Below are positions 36,932-46,326 of a stretch of 62,871 nucleotides of DNA, piece after piece. The stretch spans positions 1 to 62,871 of the forward strand of contig JBGAQA010000036.1 of the NCBI GenBank assembly GCA_044220955.1, read 5' to 3'. Position numbers and translations under genes: made by a program. The notes below the pieces were generated by a model, which was not told the origin of the DNA, ran no database searches, and saw nothing but the letters and a program-made list of their open reading frames with translations. Every line of letters starts with the position of its first letter. Positions within the stretch are counted from its first letter, which is position 1. This stretch comes from Sandaracinaceae bacterium (lineage in GTDB: Bacteria > Myxococcota_A > Polyangia > Polyangiales > Sandaracinaceae).

Positions 36932-39121
36932 TCACTCCGCGGCGGCGTCGTCGTCGTGCGCGCGCGACGCGTAGTCGACGCTTCGGTCGAGCAGCTCGGC
37001 GAGGTCGAGGTTCTCGATCTTCTCGCCGTCGTCCTCGCGCTCGGCGCGGATGTCGTCGAGCGAGTTCGAGATCATCGTCATGCAGAAGGGGCAGCCGCTG
37101 GCGACCTTGGTGGCGCCGGTGTCGAGGAGCTGCAGCGTGCGCTTCTTGTTCACGCGGCCGCCGCTCGGCCCGTGGCTGTGCTCCTCCTCCTTGAAGTACT
37201 GCGCGCCGCCCGCGCCGCAGCAGAGGCCCTTCTGCTTGTTCCAGTACTCGACCTCGACGAGCGTCACGCCCGGGATCGCGCGCAAGATCTGGCGGGGCGC
37301 CTCGTACACGTCGTTGTAGCGGCCGAGGTAGCAGCTGTCGTGGTAGGCGACCTTGGCCACGACTTCCTTCACGGGCTTGAGCGCGCCGCGCGCGACGAGC
37401 CCGTTCAGGTACTCGGAGTGGTGCACGACGTCGTACTTGCCGCCGAAGCTCGGGTACTCGTTCTTCAGCGTGTTGAAGCAGTGCGGGCACGCCGTGAGGA
37501 TCGTCTTCTTGTCTGCGCCGAGGCCGTTGAGCGTCTCCACGTTCGCCTGCGCGAGCGTCTGGAAGAGGTACTCGTTGCCCGCGCGGCGCGCCGGATCCCC
37601 GGTGCACGTCGCGTCCGAGCCCATGACCGCCCAGTCGACACCCGCGTGGTCGAGCAGCTTCGCGACGGCGCGCGCGATCTTCTTGGCCCGGTCGTCGTAC
37701 TCGGCCGCACAGCCGACCCAGTACACGACCTCGGCGTCCGGGTGATCGGCGAGGAAGCGGACCTCGACGCCCTCGGCCTCGAGCCCCTTGGCCCAGCTGC
37801 CGCGGTCCATCGCGGGCAGGTTCCAGGGGTTGCCGTTCGTCTCCATCCCCTTGAAGGCCTTCTGGAAGTCCTTCGGGAACTCGTTCTTCACCATCATCTC
37901 GGCGCGGCGCATCGAGACGATCTTGTCGACGTAGCTGATGTTGACCGGGCACTGCTCCTCGCAGGCGCGGCACGTCGTGCACGCCCAGATGACCTCGGGC
38001 GCCACGATGTCGGGGACGAGCTGCACGGGCTCGGCCTTGCGGAAGTACGCGCCCTCCGGCGGATCGCCGTGCACGCTCGCGTGCGCGTCCTTCTTCGCGT
38101 CGGGCGCCTCGATCCCCGCGTTGCCGAGGAAGTGCTCCTCGAGATCGTAGAGGTGGTCGCGGAGCGCGAGCGTGAGGTGCTTGGGCGAGAGCTTCTTGCC
38201 CGTCGTGAACGCCGGGCAGTTGTCCGAGCAGCGGCCGCACTCGGTGCACGTGTAGAGATCGAGGATCTGCTTCTGATCGAGGTGCTCGATCTTGCCGACG
38301 CCGATGGGCTCCTCGCGCTCGATCTTGCCCTCGATGTCGTCGACGTCGGGGAGCTTGCCGCGCGCGTCGAGCTTCTGCGCGAACACGTTCGGCAGCGACG
38401 TGATGATGTGGAAGTGCTTGCTGTACGGCAGGATGTTGAGGAAGAGGAGCACCCAGGTGCCGTGCCACCAGAAGCCGCCGTGCTCGAGCGCGAGCTGCGT
38501 GCCGTGGCCCATGTGCGCGAACCAGAGCCCGAGCGCGGAGCCGATGGGCTCGTACCAGTGCCAGCCCGTCTCGCCCCGGAGCGCGAAGCGGCCGCCGACG
38601 TAGACGAAGTCGGCCACCATCATCGAGGAGATGATGAAGAGGATGAAGAGGCCCTCGCCCGAGAGCGTCATGCGCGGCTCGCGACGGACGAGGCGGTAGT
38701 AGTAGAAGACGCCGCAGCCGACGATGCAGAGAAAGACGATCAGCTCCTTGACGAGCGAGTAGATCTGCCCGACCACGTTGTCGTCGGCGACCAGCCCGAA
38801 GAAGTCGAAGCTCTCGTCGTACGCGCGACCCCAGAGCACGAGGGTGTTGAGGAGCAGGATCTGGAACGCGGCGAAGATCGCGATGTGAGCGACGCCCGCG
38901 GCCGAGTAGCGCGGGTTGTTGGCCATCTTCTTCTGGCCGAGCGCGTAGACCAGGACGTTCTCGACGCGCTTCTGGAGGGCGTCGAGATCGAGCGCGCGAT
39001 CCAGGGGCCAGAGCTCCGCGTCCGGCGCCCCGACGAGCAAGAGGCGCGTGCGGCGCTGGGCGCTCCACGCGAACATCCCCAGCGTGCCCAGGAAGATGAC
39101 CGTCATGAGGATCGGGTTCAT
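36932..39121 (-). CDS. Membrane Fe-S oxidoreductase (FadF/HdrD-like: TM domain, two 4Fe-4S motifs, two CCG domains)
   Basis: PYSKHFH, CTECGRCSDNCP, CTTCRACEEQCP, CTGDPARRAGNE, YHDSCYLGR, CCGAGG, CPFC. Confidence 0.9.
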   Translation of the reverse strand: MNPILMTVIFLGTLGMFAWSAQRRTRLLLVGAPDAELWPLDRALDLDALQKRVENVLVYALGQKKMANNPRYSAAGVAHIAIFAAFQILLLNTLVLWGRAYDESFDFFGLVADDNVVGQIYSLVKELIVFLCIVGCGVFYYYRLVRREPRMTLSGEGLFILFIISSMMVADFVYVGGRFALRGETGWHWYEPIGSALGLWFAHMGHGTQLALEHGGFWWHGTWVLLFLNILPYSKHFHIITSLPNVFAQKLDARGKLPDVDDIEGKIEREEPIGVGKIEHLDQKQILDLYTCTECGRCSDNCPAFTTGKKLSPKHLTLALRDHLYDLEEHFLGNAGIEAPDAKKDAHASVHGDPPEGAYFRKAEPVQLVPDIVAPEVIWACTTCRACEEQCPVNISYVDKIVSMRRAEMMVKNEFPKDFQKAFKGMETNGNPWNLPAMDRGSWAKGLEAEGVEVRFLADHPDAEVVYWVGCAAEYDDRAKKIARAVAKLLDHAGVDWAVMGSDATCTGDPARRAGNEYLFQTLAQANVETLNGLGADKKTILTACPHCFNTLKNEYPSFGGKYDVVHHSEYLNGLVARGALKPVKEVVAKVAYHDSCYLGRYNDVYEAPRQILRAIPGVTLVEVEYWNKQKGLCCGAGGAQYFKEEEHSHGPSGGRVNKKRTLQLLDTGATKVASGCPFCMTMISNSLDDIRAEREDDGEKIENLDLAELLDRSVDYASRAHDDDAAAE

Positions 39122-39185
39122 GGCGTGCCCTGATTACGACGCTGCGCGGCGTGTGTCCACAGCGCGGCCGTGACTGAATCGTGAT

Positions 39186-40106
39186 TCACCGGCGGCGCCC
39201 GCGCACGCCGGTCCGGGTCCGCGCCGCGATCGTCTCCTCGGCGAAGAGCTCGACGAAACGGCGGGCTGCTCGCCCGAGCGGCAGGGTCCGGCGCCAGGCC
39301 AGCTGGGGCGCGAAGACGTGCTTGCCCCCCTCGACGAAGCGGACCGGCACGAGCGCGCGGGCCGCGACGTCGGCGCCGACGATGTGCGAGGGCATCCAGC
39401 CGTAGCCGACGCCCTCGAGCAGCGCGAGACGCTTCATCGCGAAGTCGCTCACGCGCATCACGTGGGGAGAGCCGAGTGCGAGGCGCCCGGGCGCGCCGTG
39501 CTGCGCGCTGTCGTCCACCACCAGCTCGACGTGCTTGGCGAGCTCCGCACGATCGACCCCGCGCAGCTTGGCGAGCGGGTGGGCGCGATGGACGACCAGG
39601 CGCATCTCGACCGGCGGCAGCGCACGAGTGACGAGCCGATCGTCGCCCGCGAGGTCGAGCGCGAGCATGAGGTCGGCGCGCGCCGACGCGAAGCGCTCAC
39701 GCACGCCGCCGAGGTGCTCGACGCGGAGCTGCACGTGCGTCGGCAGCGCGGCGCGGGAGAAGCGCCGCACCGCGGCGAGGATCGGCTGCATGGGAAGGCA
39801 CCCGTCCACGACGATCCCGAGCCGCGGCTCCCACTCGTCCTTCAGCGCGCGCGCGAGCACCTCGAGCTCGGCGGCCCGCTCGATCACGCTGCGGCCGGAC
39901 TCCAGCACGCGCCGACCCTCGTCGGTCAGCTCCGCCCGGTGGCCGGTCCGATCGAAGAGCCGCAGGCGGAGCGCGCGCTCGAGGCCCGCGACCGCGTAGC
40001 TCACGGCGCTCGTGGCCACGCCGAGCTCCTTGGCGGCGGCGGTGAAGCTCTGGCGGCGCTCGATCGCGTCGAGCACACGGAGCTGGTCGAGGGTGAGGCC
40101 CGTCAC
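39186..40106 (-). CDS. LysR-family transcriptional regulator
   Basis: LDQLRVL...SFTAAAKELG..TSAVSY.V..LE..L.LRLFDR. Confidence 0.93.
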   Translation of the reverse strand: MTGLTLDQLRVLDAIERRQSFTAAAKELGVATSAVSYAVAGLERALRLRLFDRTGHRAELTDEGRRVLESGRSVIERAAELEVLARALKDEWEPRLGIVVDGCLPMQPILAAVRRFSRAALPTHVQLRVEHLGGVRERFASARADLMLALDLAGDDRLVTRALPPVEMRLVVHRAHPLAKLRGVDRAELAKHVELVVDDSAQHGAPGRLALGSPHVMRVSDFAMKRLALLEGVGYGWMPSHIVGADVAARALVPVRFVEGGKHVFAPQLAWRRTLPLGRAARRFVELFAEETIAARTRTGVRGRRR

Positions 40107-40110
40107 CGAC

Positions 40111-40129
40111 CGTTCCGGTTCTTCGAACG
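40111..40129. promoter_or_regulatory. Putative LysR box CGTTC-N9-GAACG (T-N11-A)
   Basis: Perfect 5-bp dyad between the divergent LysR and hmgA genes. Confidence 0.55.
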
Positions 40130-40185
40130 AGATGTTCTCATGCCTTCAGTTTACGAGACCCCCGGTCGCGGGTACTGGGAATTGC

Positions 40186-41292
40186 ATGACGAGCCACGTC
40201 CGCGGAACGGTCGCCCGCCAAGCCCACGTCGCCGTGCCCGAGGGCACGTTCGAGGAGGAGATCGCACGAGACGGCTTCTTCGGCCGCGCGAGCCACCTCT
40301 ACCGCCGCCACGCCCCGGTGGGCTGGACGCGCATCGAGGGAGCGCTCCGCCCCCGCGCGTACCAGGCGAGCGAGCTCGGGCTGCCAGGCGGCGACTGGGT
40401 CGCGGCGCGCGAGGCCTTCCTCGAGGGCGAGGGCGTGCGCCTCTCGTTCGCCCGCCTCACGAGCGTGATGCCCTACGCGTTCCGCAACGCCGACGCGGAC
40501 GAGGTGCTCTTCGTCCACCAGGGCCGTGGCCGCTTCGAGAGCGACTTCGGCGCGATGAGCTACGAGACCGGGCACTACCTCGTCGTGCCGCGTGGCGTGA
40601 CCTATCGCCTCGACCCCGCCGACCACACGTCCGTGCTGGTCGTCGAGACGGCCGCCGAGGTGAAGATCCCCGATCGAGGCCTGCTCGGCCGCCACGCGCT
40701 CTTCGATCCCGAGCTCTGCGAGGTCCCGGACGTGGCCGCGATGCCGCCCCCGCGCGCCGGCCACGAGCACGAGCTGCGCGTGCAGCGCGGCGGCGCGATC
40801 GGGCACGTCTTCTACCCCTTCGACCCGCTCGACACCGCCGGCTGGAAGGGTGACCTCGCGCCTTTTCGCCTCCACGTGAAGGACATCCGTCCGGTGACGA
40901 GCGAGCGCTACCACCTTCCCCCGACGGCCCACGCGACCTTCGTCGCCGGCGGGGTCGTGATCTGCACGTTCCTGCCGCGACCGCTCGAGACGGGCGATCC
41001 GCTCGCTCTGCGAGTCCCCTTCTATCACTCGAACGTCGACTACGACGAGGTGCTCTTCTACCACCGCGGCAACTTCTTCAGCCGCGCGGGCGTGGGCGCG
41101 GGGATGGTCACGTTCCATCCGGCCGGCATCCACCACGGGCCCCAGCCCGGCGCGGTGAAGGCCGCGGCCACCAAGGAGCGCACCGACGAGGTCGCGGTGA
41201 TGATCGACTCGCGCGCCCCGCTCTCTCCGGTGAGCGCCGCAGCGCGCGTCGAGCGCGAGGACTACTGGAAGAGCTGGCAGGAGAAGGGCTGA
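40186..41292 (+). CDS. hmgA: Homogentisate 1,2-dioxygenase
   Basis: RNADADE, GWKGDL, HLPPTAHATF, PFYHSNVDYDEVLFY, HPAGIHHGP. Confidence 0.93.
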   Translation: MTSHVRGTVARQAHVAVPEGTFEEEIARDGFFGRASHLYRRHAPVGWTRIEGALRPRAYQASELGLPGGDWVAAREAFLEGEGVRLSFARLTSVMPYAFRNADADEVLFVHQGRGRFESDFGAMSYETGHYLVVPRGVTYRLDPADHTSVLVVETAAEVKIPDRGLLGRHALFDPELCEVPDVAAMPPPRAGHEHELRVQRGGAIGHVFYPFDPLDTAGWKGDLAPFRLHVKDIRPVTSERYHLPPTAHATFVAGGVVICTFLPRPLETGDPLALRVPFYHSNVDYDEVLFYHRGNFFSRAGVGAGMVTFHPAGIHHGPQPGAVKAAATKERTDEVAVMIDSRAPLSPVSAAARVEREDYWKSWQEKG

Positions 41293-42368
41293 TGACGGAT
41301 CTCTCGAGCAGGACCGGCTCGGCCGCGCCGAGCGCTCCGGTGGCGAATCCGATCGGCATCGACGGCATCGCGTTCGTGGAATTCGCGGCGCCGAGCGAGC
41401 TGGGCGCCGACCACCTCGGCGCGATCTTCGCCGCGCTCGGCTTCAGCCGCACGCTCCGGCACAAGCGCGCCGCCGTGGAGCTCTGGACGCAGGGTGAGTG
41501 CCGATTCCTCGTCAACCGCGAGCGGGACACGTTCTCCGCGCGCTTCGCGAAGGAGCACGGCCCGTCCATCCCCTCGATGGGCTGGTGGGTCGAGGACGCG
41601 CAGCGCGCCGTGGAAGAGGCCGTGCGGCGCGGCGGCAAGCGCTGGGAGGGCGCCTCGATCCTGCCGGGGACGCCGGCGATCGAGGGGATCGGGGGCTCGC
41701 TCCTCTACTTCGTGCAGAAGAACGCCCGCGTCATCGAGGACCGCTTCGTTCCGGACCTCAAGCCGAAGATCGTGAAGACCCGCGGGTTCACGGTGATCGA
41801 CCACCTCACCAACAACGTGCCGAAGGGCACGCTCGCGACCTGGCGCGCGTTCTACCGCGACGTGCTCGGCTTCACGGACGTGCGCACGTTCGACATCCAC
41901 GGCGCCAAGACCGGCCTCTTCTCGTACGCGCTGCGCTCGCCTTGCGGGAAGTTCTGCATCCCGATCAACGAAGGCACCGAGAGCAAGTCGCAGATCGAGG
42001 AGTACTTGCGCGAGTACAAGGGCGCGGGCATCCAGCACCTCGCGTTGCTCTCGGACGATCTGCTCGCGAGCCTCGAGGGGCTGCGCGAGGCGGGCGTCCC
42101 GACGCTCGACATCGATCGGGAGTACTACGCGAGCGTGTTCGACCGTGTTCCGGGCGTCGTGGAGGATCGCGCAGCGATCGAGCGCGCCCAGGTCCTCGTG
42201 GACGGCGACCCCGAGGGGTACCTGCTCCAGATCTTCACCCGCAACCTGATCGGCCCGATCTTCTTCGAGCTGATCCAGCGCAGGAACCACCTCTCGTTCG
42301 GAGAGGGGAACTTCGGCGCCCTCTTCCGCTCGATCGAGCGCGACCAGGAGCGCAGAGGCGTTCTGTAG
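41292..42368 (+). CDS. hppD: 4-hydroxyphenylpyruvate dioxygenase
   Basis: IDHLTNNV, IPINE, GAGIQHLA, LLQIFT, FFELIQR, FGEGNFGALFRSIE. Confidence 0.96.
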   Translation: MTDLSSRTGSAAPSAPVANPIGIDGIAFVEFAAPSELGADHLGAIFAALGFSRTLRHKRAAVELWTQGECRFLVNRERDTFSARFAKEHGPSIPSMGWWVEDAQRAVEEAVRRGGKRWEGASILPGTPAIEGIGGSLLYFVQKNARVIEDRFVPDLKPKIVKTRGFTVIDHLTNNVPKGTLATWRAFYRDVLGFTDVRTFDIHGAKTGLFSYALRSPCGKFCIPINEGTESKSQIEEYLREYKGAGIQHLALLSDDLLASLEGLREAGVPTLDIDREYYASVFDRVPGVVEDRAAIERAQVLVDGDPEGYLLQIFTRNLIGPIFFELIQRRNHLSFGEGNFGALFRSIERDQERRGVL

Positions 42369-42371
42369 GCG

Positions 42372-42830
42372 CTACGCGGCGGCGGCGCGGCAGGCGCTCG
42401 CGCACGCGGGGCAGATCTCGGCGCAGCGCGCGCACGCGGGCTCCATCGTCGCGTGGGTCTGACACTGCGCTGCGCACTCGTCGCAGGCCGCCGCGCAGAT
42501 GCGCGCGAGGTCGGGCAGCCGCGACGAGCCCGCGGTCGCGAGCACGATCACGGCGCGACACAGCTCCGCGCACTCGCGCGAGAGCCGCGCGCACGCGGCC
42601 ATGTCGGCCATGCCCATCCCGGCGTGCTCGACCGAGCGCGCGACGCAGAGCTCGCACGCGAGCGCGCACTCCGACGCGCGCGCGACGAGGTCGTCGATGG
42701 GCGCCAGGTGCTGCGAGGGCGGATGCTCGACGGGCGTTCCCGTGGACTGGGCACCGCAGCCGGTGAGTGCCCAGACGGCGTTGGCGGCGGCAGCGCTGGC
42801 GGAGGCGGCGAGGAGATCGCGACGGTTCAT
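42372..42830 (-). CDS. Tat-exported four-helix-bundle copper storage protein (Csp1/DUF326-like)
   Basis: MNRRDLL twin-Arg; possible lipobox LTGC; 15 further Cys in CxxxC/CxxC arrays. Confidence 0.85.
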   Translation of the reverse strand: MNRRDLLAASASAAAANAVWALTGCGAQSTGTPVEHPPSQHLAPIDDLVARASECALACELCVARSVEHAGMGMADMAACARLSRECAELCRAVIVLATAGSSRLPDLARICAAACDECAAQCQTHATMEPACARCAEICPACASACRAAAA

Positions 42831-42852
42831 CGGGTGGCCTCGTAGCACGTGA

Positions 42853-43404
42853 TCACTTCGGGAGCTTGGCGTCGAAGAACGCCTTGAGCTTGATCAAGTT
42901 CCGCTCTTCGCGCGCGAAGCTGGGCGGCTCGTACGTCTTGCCGAACCCTCGCACGTCGCTGAGGAAGTCGCCGCGCACCGAGGCGTCGCCGAGGATGTCG
43001 GCGACGCTGCGTCCGCGCGCCGCGCCCTTCTTCAGCCCCTTCACGTAGGACTCGAGCCGAGCGTAGTCCTTGCCGAGGAACTCGCGCACGACGTCGGCGT
43101 CGTTCGCCAGGGGCCCGATCGCGCGCAGCGCGTCCGCGCCGCCCTTGCCGTCGTCCGCCGCGACCGCCAGATCGGCCGCGACACGCAGCACGAAGGCATC
43201 GTCGAGATAGCCGATGTCGTCGATGCCGTCGGGGATCAGGTCGAGCGACTTGAAGAGGTAGTTGAGGCCGCCGGCGACCGCCTCGCGCGCGCCGTCGCTC
43301 AGCCCGCCGCCTTCGAGCACGCTGCCCAGCTTCTCCGCGTCCTCACCGAGGGCACGGAGCCACGCCGGAAACGTGTCGAGGTACTTGGCCTGCTGATCGC
43401 TCAT
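42853..43404 (-). CDS. YkvA/DUF1232 domain protein
   Basis: YLFKSLDLIPDGIDDIGYLDDAFVL. Confidence 0.85.
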   Translation of the reverse strand: MSDQQAKYLDTFPAWLRALGEDAEKLGSVLEGGGLSDGAREAVAGGLNYLFKSLDLIPDGIDDIGYLDDAFVLRVAADLAVAADDGKGGADALRAIGPLANDADVVREFLGKDYARLESYVKGLKKGAARGRSVADILGDASVRGDFLSDVRGFGKTYEPPSFAREERNLIKLKAFFDAKLPK

Positions 43405-43502
43405 CGGAGTCTCCTTGGACGCGGACGGTTCCGTCCGGCACGGACGCGCATGCTAACCGAACGCAAAGGCGCTTGAAAAGCCACTCGGTCTATTCTCCCA
43501 CC

Positions 43503-44981
43503 GTGGCGAGCGGACCGGCGGCGCGGCGCGTGGAGCGCGGGATCTCGGGGAGCGCCGTGCTGCTGGCCACGGCGATCGCGGCCGGAGGTCTCGCGGTCCC
43601 GAACGACCTCTTCTGGCACCTCGCGATCGCGCGCCGGGTCTTCGAGCGTGGGTTCCCGCGCGCCGACCCCTTCGCGTTCAGCACGGACGGGATCACGTGG
43701 TCGCCGCCCGAGTGGCTCGGCGAGCTCGCCTTCGCGGCTGCGTGGGAGAGCCTCGGCCTGGCGGGCACGACGCTGCTCACGCTCGCGGCGATCGCCGTCT
43801 GCTTCACCGCGCTCGGGCGCGCCGCGACGTCCGTCGCCCCGCCCGTCGCCGCGGCGCTCGCCACGATCCTGCTGGCGTGGCCGGCCGCCGTACACCTGCC
43901 GATGCGTCCGCTCGTGCTGGGCGACGTCTGCCTGGCGATCCTGCTCGAGCGCATGTTCGCGCTCCGCGCCGGAGACGCCCGTGGGCTGGCCTGGCTGCCT
44001 CTGCTCTTCGTCGTGTGGGCCAACGTGCATCCCTCGTGGCCGCTCGGCCTCGCCGTGCTCTGGCTCCATGCGATCGTGCTCGGCGTGATCGGCTCGCGCG
44101 CGGCGCGAGGCGTGATGGCGGGCGAGGAGCTCCCGAGGGGCTCTGCGCGTGCCCTCGCGATCGCGGCGCTGGGCTCGCCGCTGGCGGCGCTCCTGCGCCC
44201 CGATGGCGTCGACGGCGCGCTCTATCCCTTCGTGCACGTCGTCGGCCTCGGCGATCGCATGCGCGAGATCATCGAGTGGTTCCCGCCCGACTACACCGAG
44301 CCGGTGAACCTCGCGCTCGTCGTGCTGGCCGGCTTGACGCTCGTCCTGACGGTCACGGCACCTCGGGTCTACCCGCTCGACGCGGCGCTCCTGCTCCTCG
44401 GCGTGTCGATGGCGGCGAGGCACCAGCGCTTCTTGCCCGTCGCGGCGTTCGTGGCGATCCCCGTGCTCGCGCGGGGGCTCGCACGCGCCAGATTCGCGGC
44501 CGTGCTCCCGTCGGCCGGTGCGGTGCGCCTGATGCTAGGGCTGGCCGCGCTCCTGGTCTTCGTCCGGACGCCCTCGTCACGCGAGCTCGCGACGGACGTG
44601 CGGCAGAGCTACCCGGAGGGGGTCGTCCGCTGGGCGCGCTCGCACGTCGTGCCGCCTCGCGCCTTCAACACGTTCGAGGACGGGGGATACCTCCTCTGGC
44701 ACCTGCCGCGTCGCCAGGTGTTCATCGACTCGCGCTTCGATCTCTACGCGCGCGCAGGCGTCTTCGACGACTACCTGGCCCTGCGCCGGGGCGAGCGGAT
44801 CGCCGAGATCGTGGACCGCTACCAGCTCGACGCCGCGTTCGTGCCCACGACCGAGCGCGACGAGAACTTCGCCGCGCTCGAGGCCGCCCTGCCGGGCCTC
44901 GGGTTCCAGCTCGTCCACGCCGACGCGGGGACCCACGTCTGGACGCGCGAAACCCGCGGGATCACTTCGCTCCATCCTTGA
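43503..44981 (+). CDS. Polytopic membrane protein, possible GT-C glycosyltransferase
   Basis: DLFWHL, DPFAFS, EWL, WANVH, EWFPP, GGYLLW, FIDSRFDLY; many TM segments. Confidence 0.65.
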   Translation: MASGPAARRVERGISGSAVLLATAIAAGGLAVPNDLFWHLAIARRVFERGFPRADPFAFSTDGITWSPPEWLGELAFAAAWESLGLAGTTLLTLAAIAVCFTALGRAATSVAPPVAAALATILLAWPAAVHLPMRPLVLGDVCLAILLERMFALRAGDARGLAWLPLLFVVWANVHPSWPLGLAVLWLHAIVLGVIGSRAARGVMAGEELPRGSARALAIAALGSPLAALLRPDGVDGALYPFVHVVGLGDRMREIIEWFPPDYTEPVNLALVVLAGLTLVLTVTAPRVYPLDAALLLLGVSMAARHQRFLPVAAFVAIPVLARGLARARFAAVLPSAGAVRLMLGLAALLVFVRTPSSRELATDVRQSYPEGVVRWARSHVVPPRAFNTFEDGGYLLWHLPRRQVFIDSRFDLYARAGVFDDYLALRRGERIAEIVDRYQLDAAFVPTTERDENFAALEAALPGLGFQLVHADAGTHVWTRETRGITSLHP

Positions 44982-45018
44982 CGTACGGAGCGCCGCCGGG
45001 GTTCCATACGCCTCGACG

Positions 45019-46326
45019 ATGCAATGCAAGAACTGCGGACGCGTGAACCCGTCGGGCAGTCTGTACTGCCAGGACTGCGGTCAGCGCCTCGGCGAGCTCG
45101 CGCCCGGAGAGCGCCCGCAGGCCTTGCCGACGCCGCCGACCGGTCTCGCCCGCGGCAACGCCGCTGCGCCCGCGCCGTTCGGTGCGCCGCAGGGCTACGG
45201 CGCGTATCCGCCTGCGCCGGCGGCACCGGTCGCCGCGCCCGTCGCGGCGATGGGCCCCGGCCCCTGCTCGCGCTGCGGGACGCAGAACCCGCCGCACATG
45301 CGCTTCTGCAACAACTGCGGCAACCCGCTCGCGGCCGCCCCGCAGGCCGCGCCGGCCGCTGCGGCTGCGCCGGCGCCTCCCCGCGCGAGCCCGCCGGTGT
45401 GCTGGCGGTGCCGATCGGCTGGTGACGCCGGGGCCGAGTTCTGCAAGTTCTGCGGCGCGCGCTACTCCGACGCGGGTGGCGCCGCGCCCGCCCCGCCCGC
45501 GGCGCCTTCCGTCGGCGCCGCGGTCGCCGCGTACGCGTTCGGCAATGCTGCGCCGGCTCCTGCGCCGGCTCCTGCGCCGGCTCCTGCGCCGGCGGCGCCT
45601 CCCGCGCGCGATCGCACGCAGCTCGAGCAGGCTGCGATCGCCGCGCCGGATCGTGGGGTCGTGCTCGGCGTCCTGGTCGCGATCCTCAAGGACGGTTCGG
45701 ACGGCCGCTCGCACACGCTCGTCGACGAACAGACCGACATCGGCCGCAGCGAGGGGCAGATCCAGCTCGGCGACGACCCCTATCTCTCGCCGCGACACGC
45801 CCGCCTGCACGTGAAGAAGGACGGGCTGATCGTCCGCGACCTCGACAGCATCAACGGCGTCTACGTCCGGCTGCGCGATCCGGTCGAGCTCGCGGACGGC
45901 GACTTCTTGCTGCTCGGACAGCAGGTCATGCGCTTCGAGGTGCTCCCCGAGACCGAAGCGCCGCTCGGGCCGGCGATGCTCCGAGGCGTGCTCGTGTTCG
46001 GCACGCCCGAGGTTCCGCGCGTCGCGCGCCTCGTGCAGTACACCACCGAGGGCATCGCGCGCGACGTCCACTATCTCTACAGGGACGAGACGGTCGTGGG
46101 CCGCGAGCAGGGCGACATCGTCTGCACGGACGACCCCTTCATGTCGCGCCGACACGCGTCGATCACGTACGACCGCACGACCCGTCGCTTCGGGCTGAAG
46201 GATCTCGGGAGCTCGAACGGGACGGCCATCCGCGTGCGGGGAGAGCGCACCCTGAAGCCCGGTGATCAGTTTCGGGTCGGAAGGCATCTCTTCCGGTACG
46301 ATCGGGCTCCCGGGGCGGGCGCATGA
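45019..46326 (+). CDS. Zinc-ribbon plus double FHA domain protein
   Basis: Three double-CxxC ribbons; FHA motifs IGRSEG..SPRHA..DLDSINGVY and VGREQG..SRRHA..DLGSSNGT. Confidence 0.9.
   Translation: MQCKNCGRVNPSGSLYCQDCGQRLGELAPGERPQALPTPPTGLARGNAAAPAPFGAPQGYGAYPPAPAAPVAAPVAAMGPGPCSRCGTQNPPHMRFCNNCGNPLAAAPQAAPAAAAAPAPPRASPPVCWRCRSAGDAGAEFCKFCGARYSDAGGAAPAPPAAPSVGAAVAAYAFGNAAPAPAPAPAPAPAPAAPPARDRTQLEQAAIAAPDRGVVLGVLVAILKDGSDGRSHTLVDEQTDIGRSEGQIQLGDDPYLSPRHARLHVKKDGLIVRDLDSINGVYVRLRDPVELADGDFLLLGQQVMRFEVLPETEAPLGPAMLRGVLVFGTPEVPRVARLVQYTTEGIARDVHYLYRDETVVGREQGDIVCTDDPFMSRRHASITYDRTTRRFGLKDLGSSNGTAIRVRGERTLKPGDQFRVGRHLFRYDRAPGAGA
45548..45593. repeat. 12-bp coding tandem repeat (Pro-Ala linker), about 4 copies
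   Basis: CTGCGCCGGCTC units. Confidence 0.85.
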
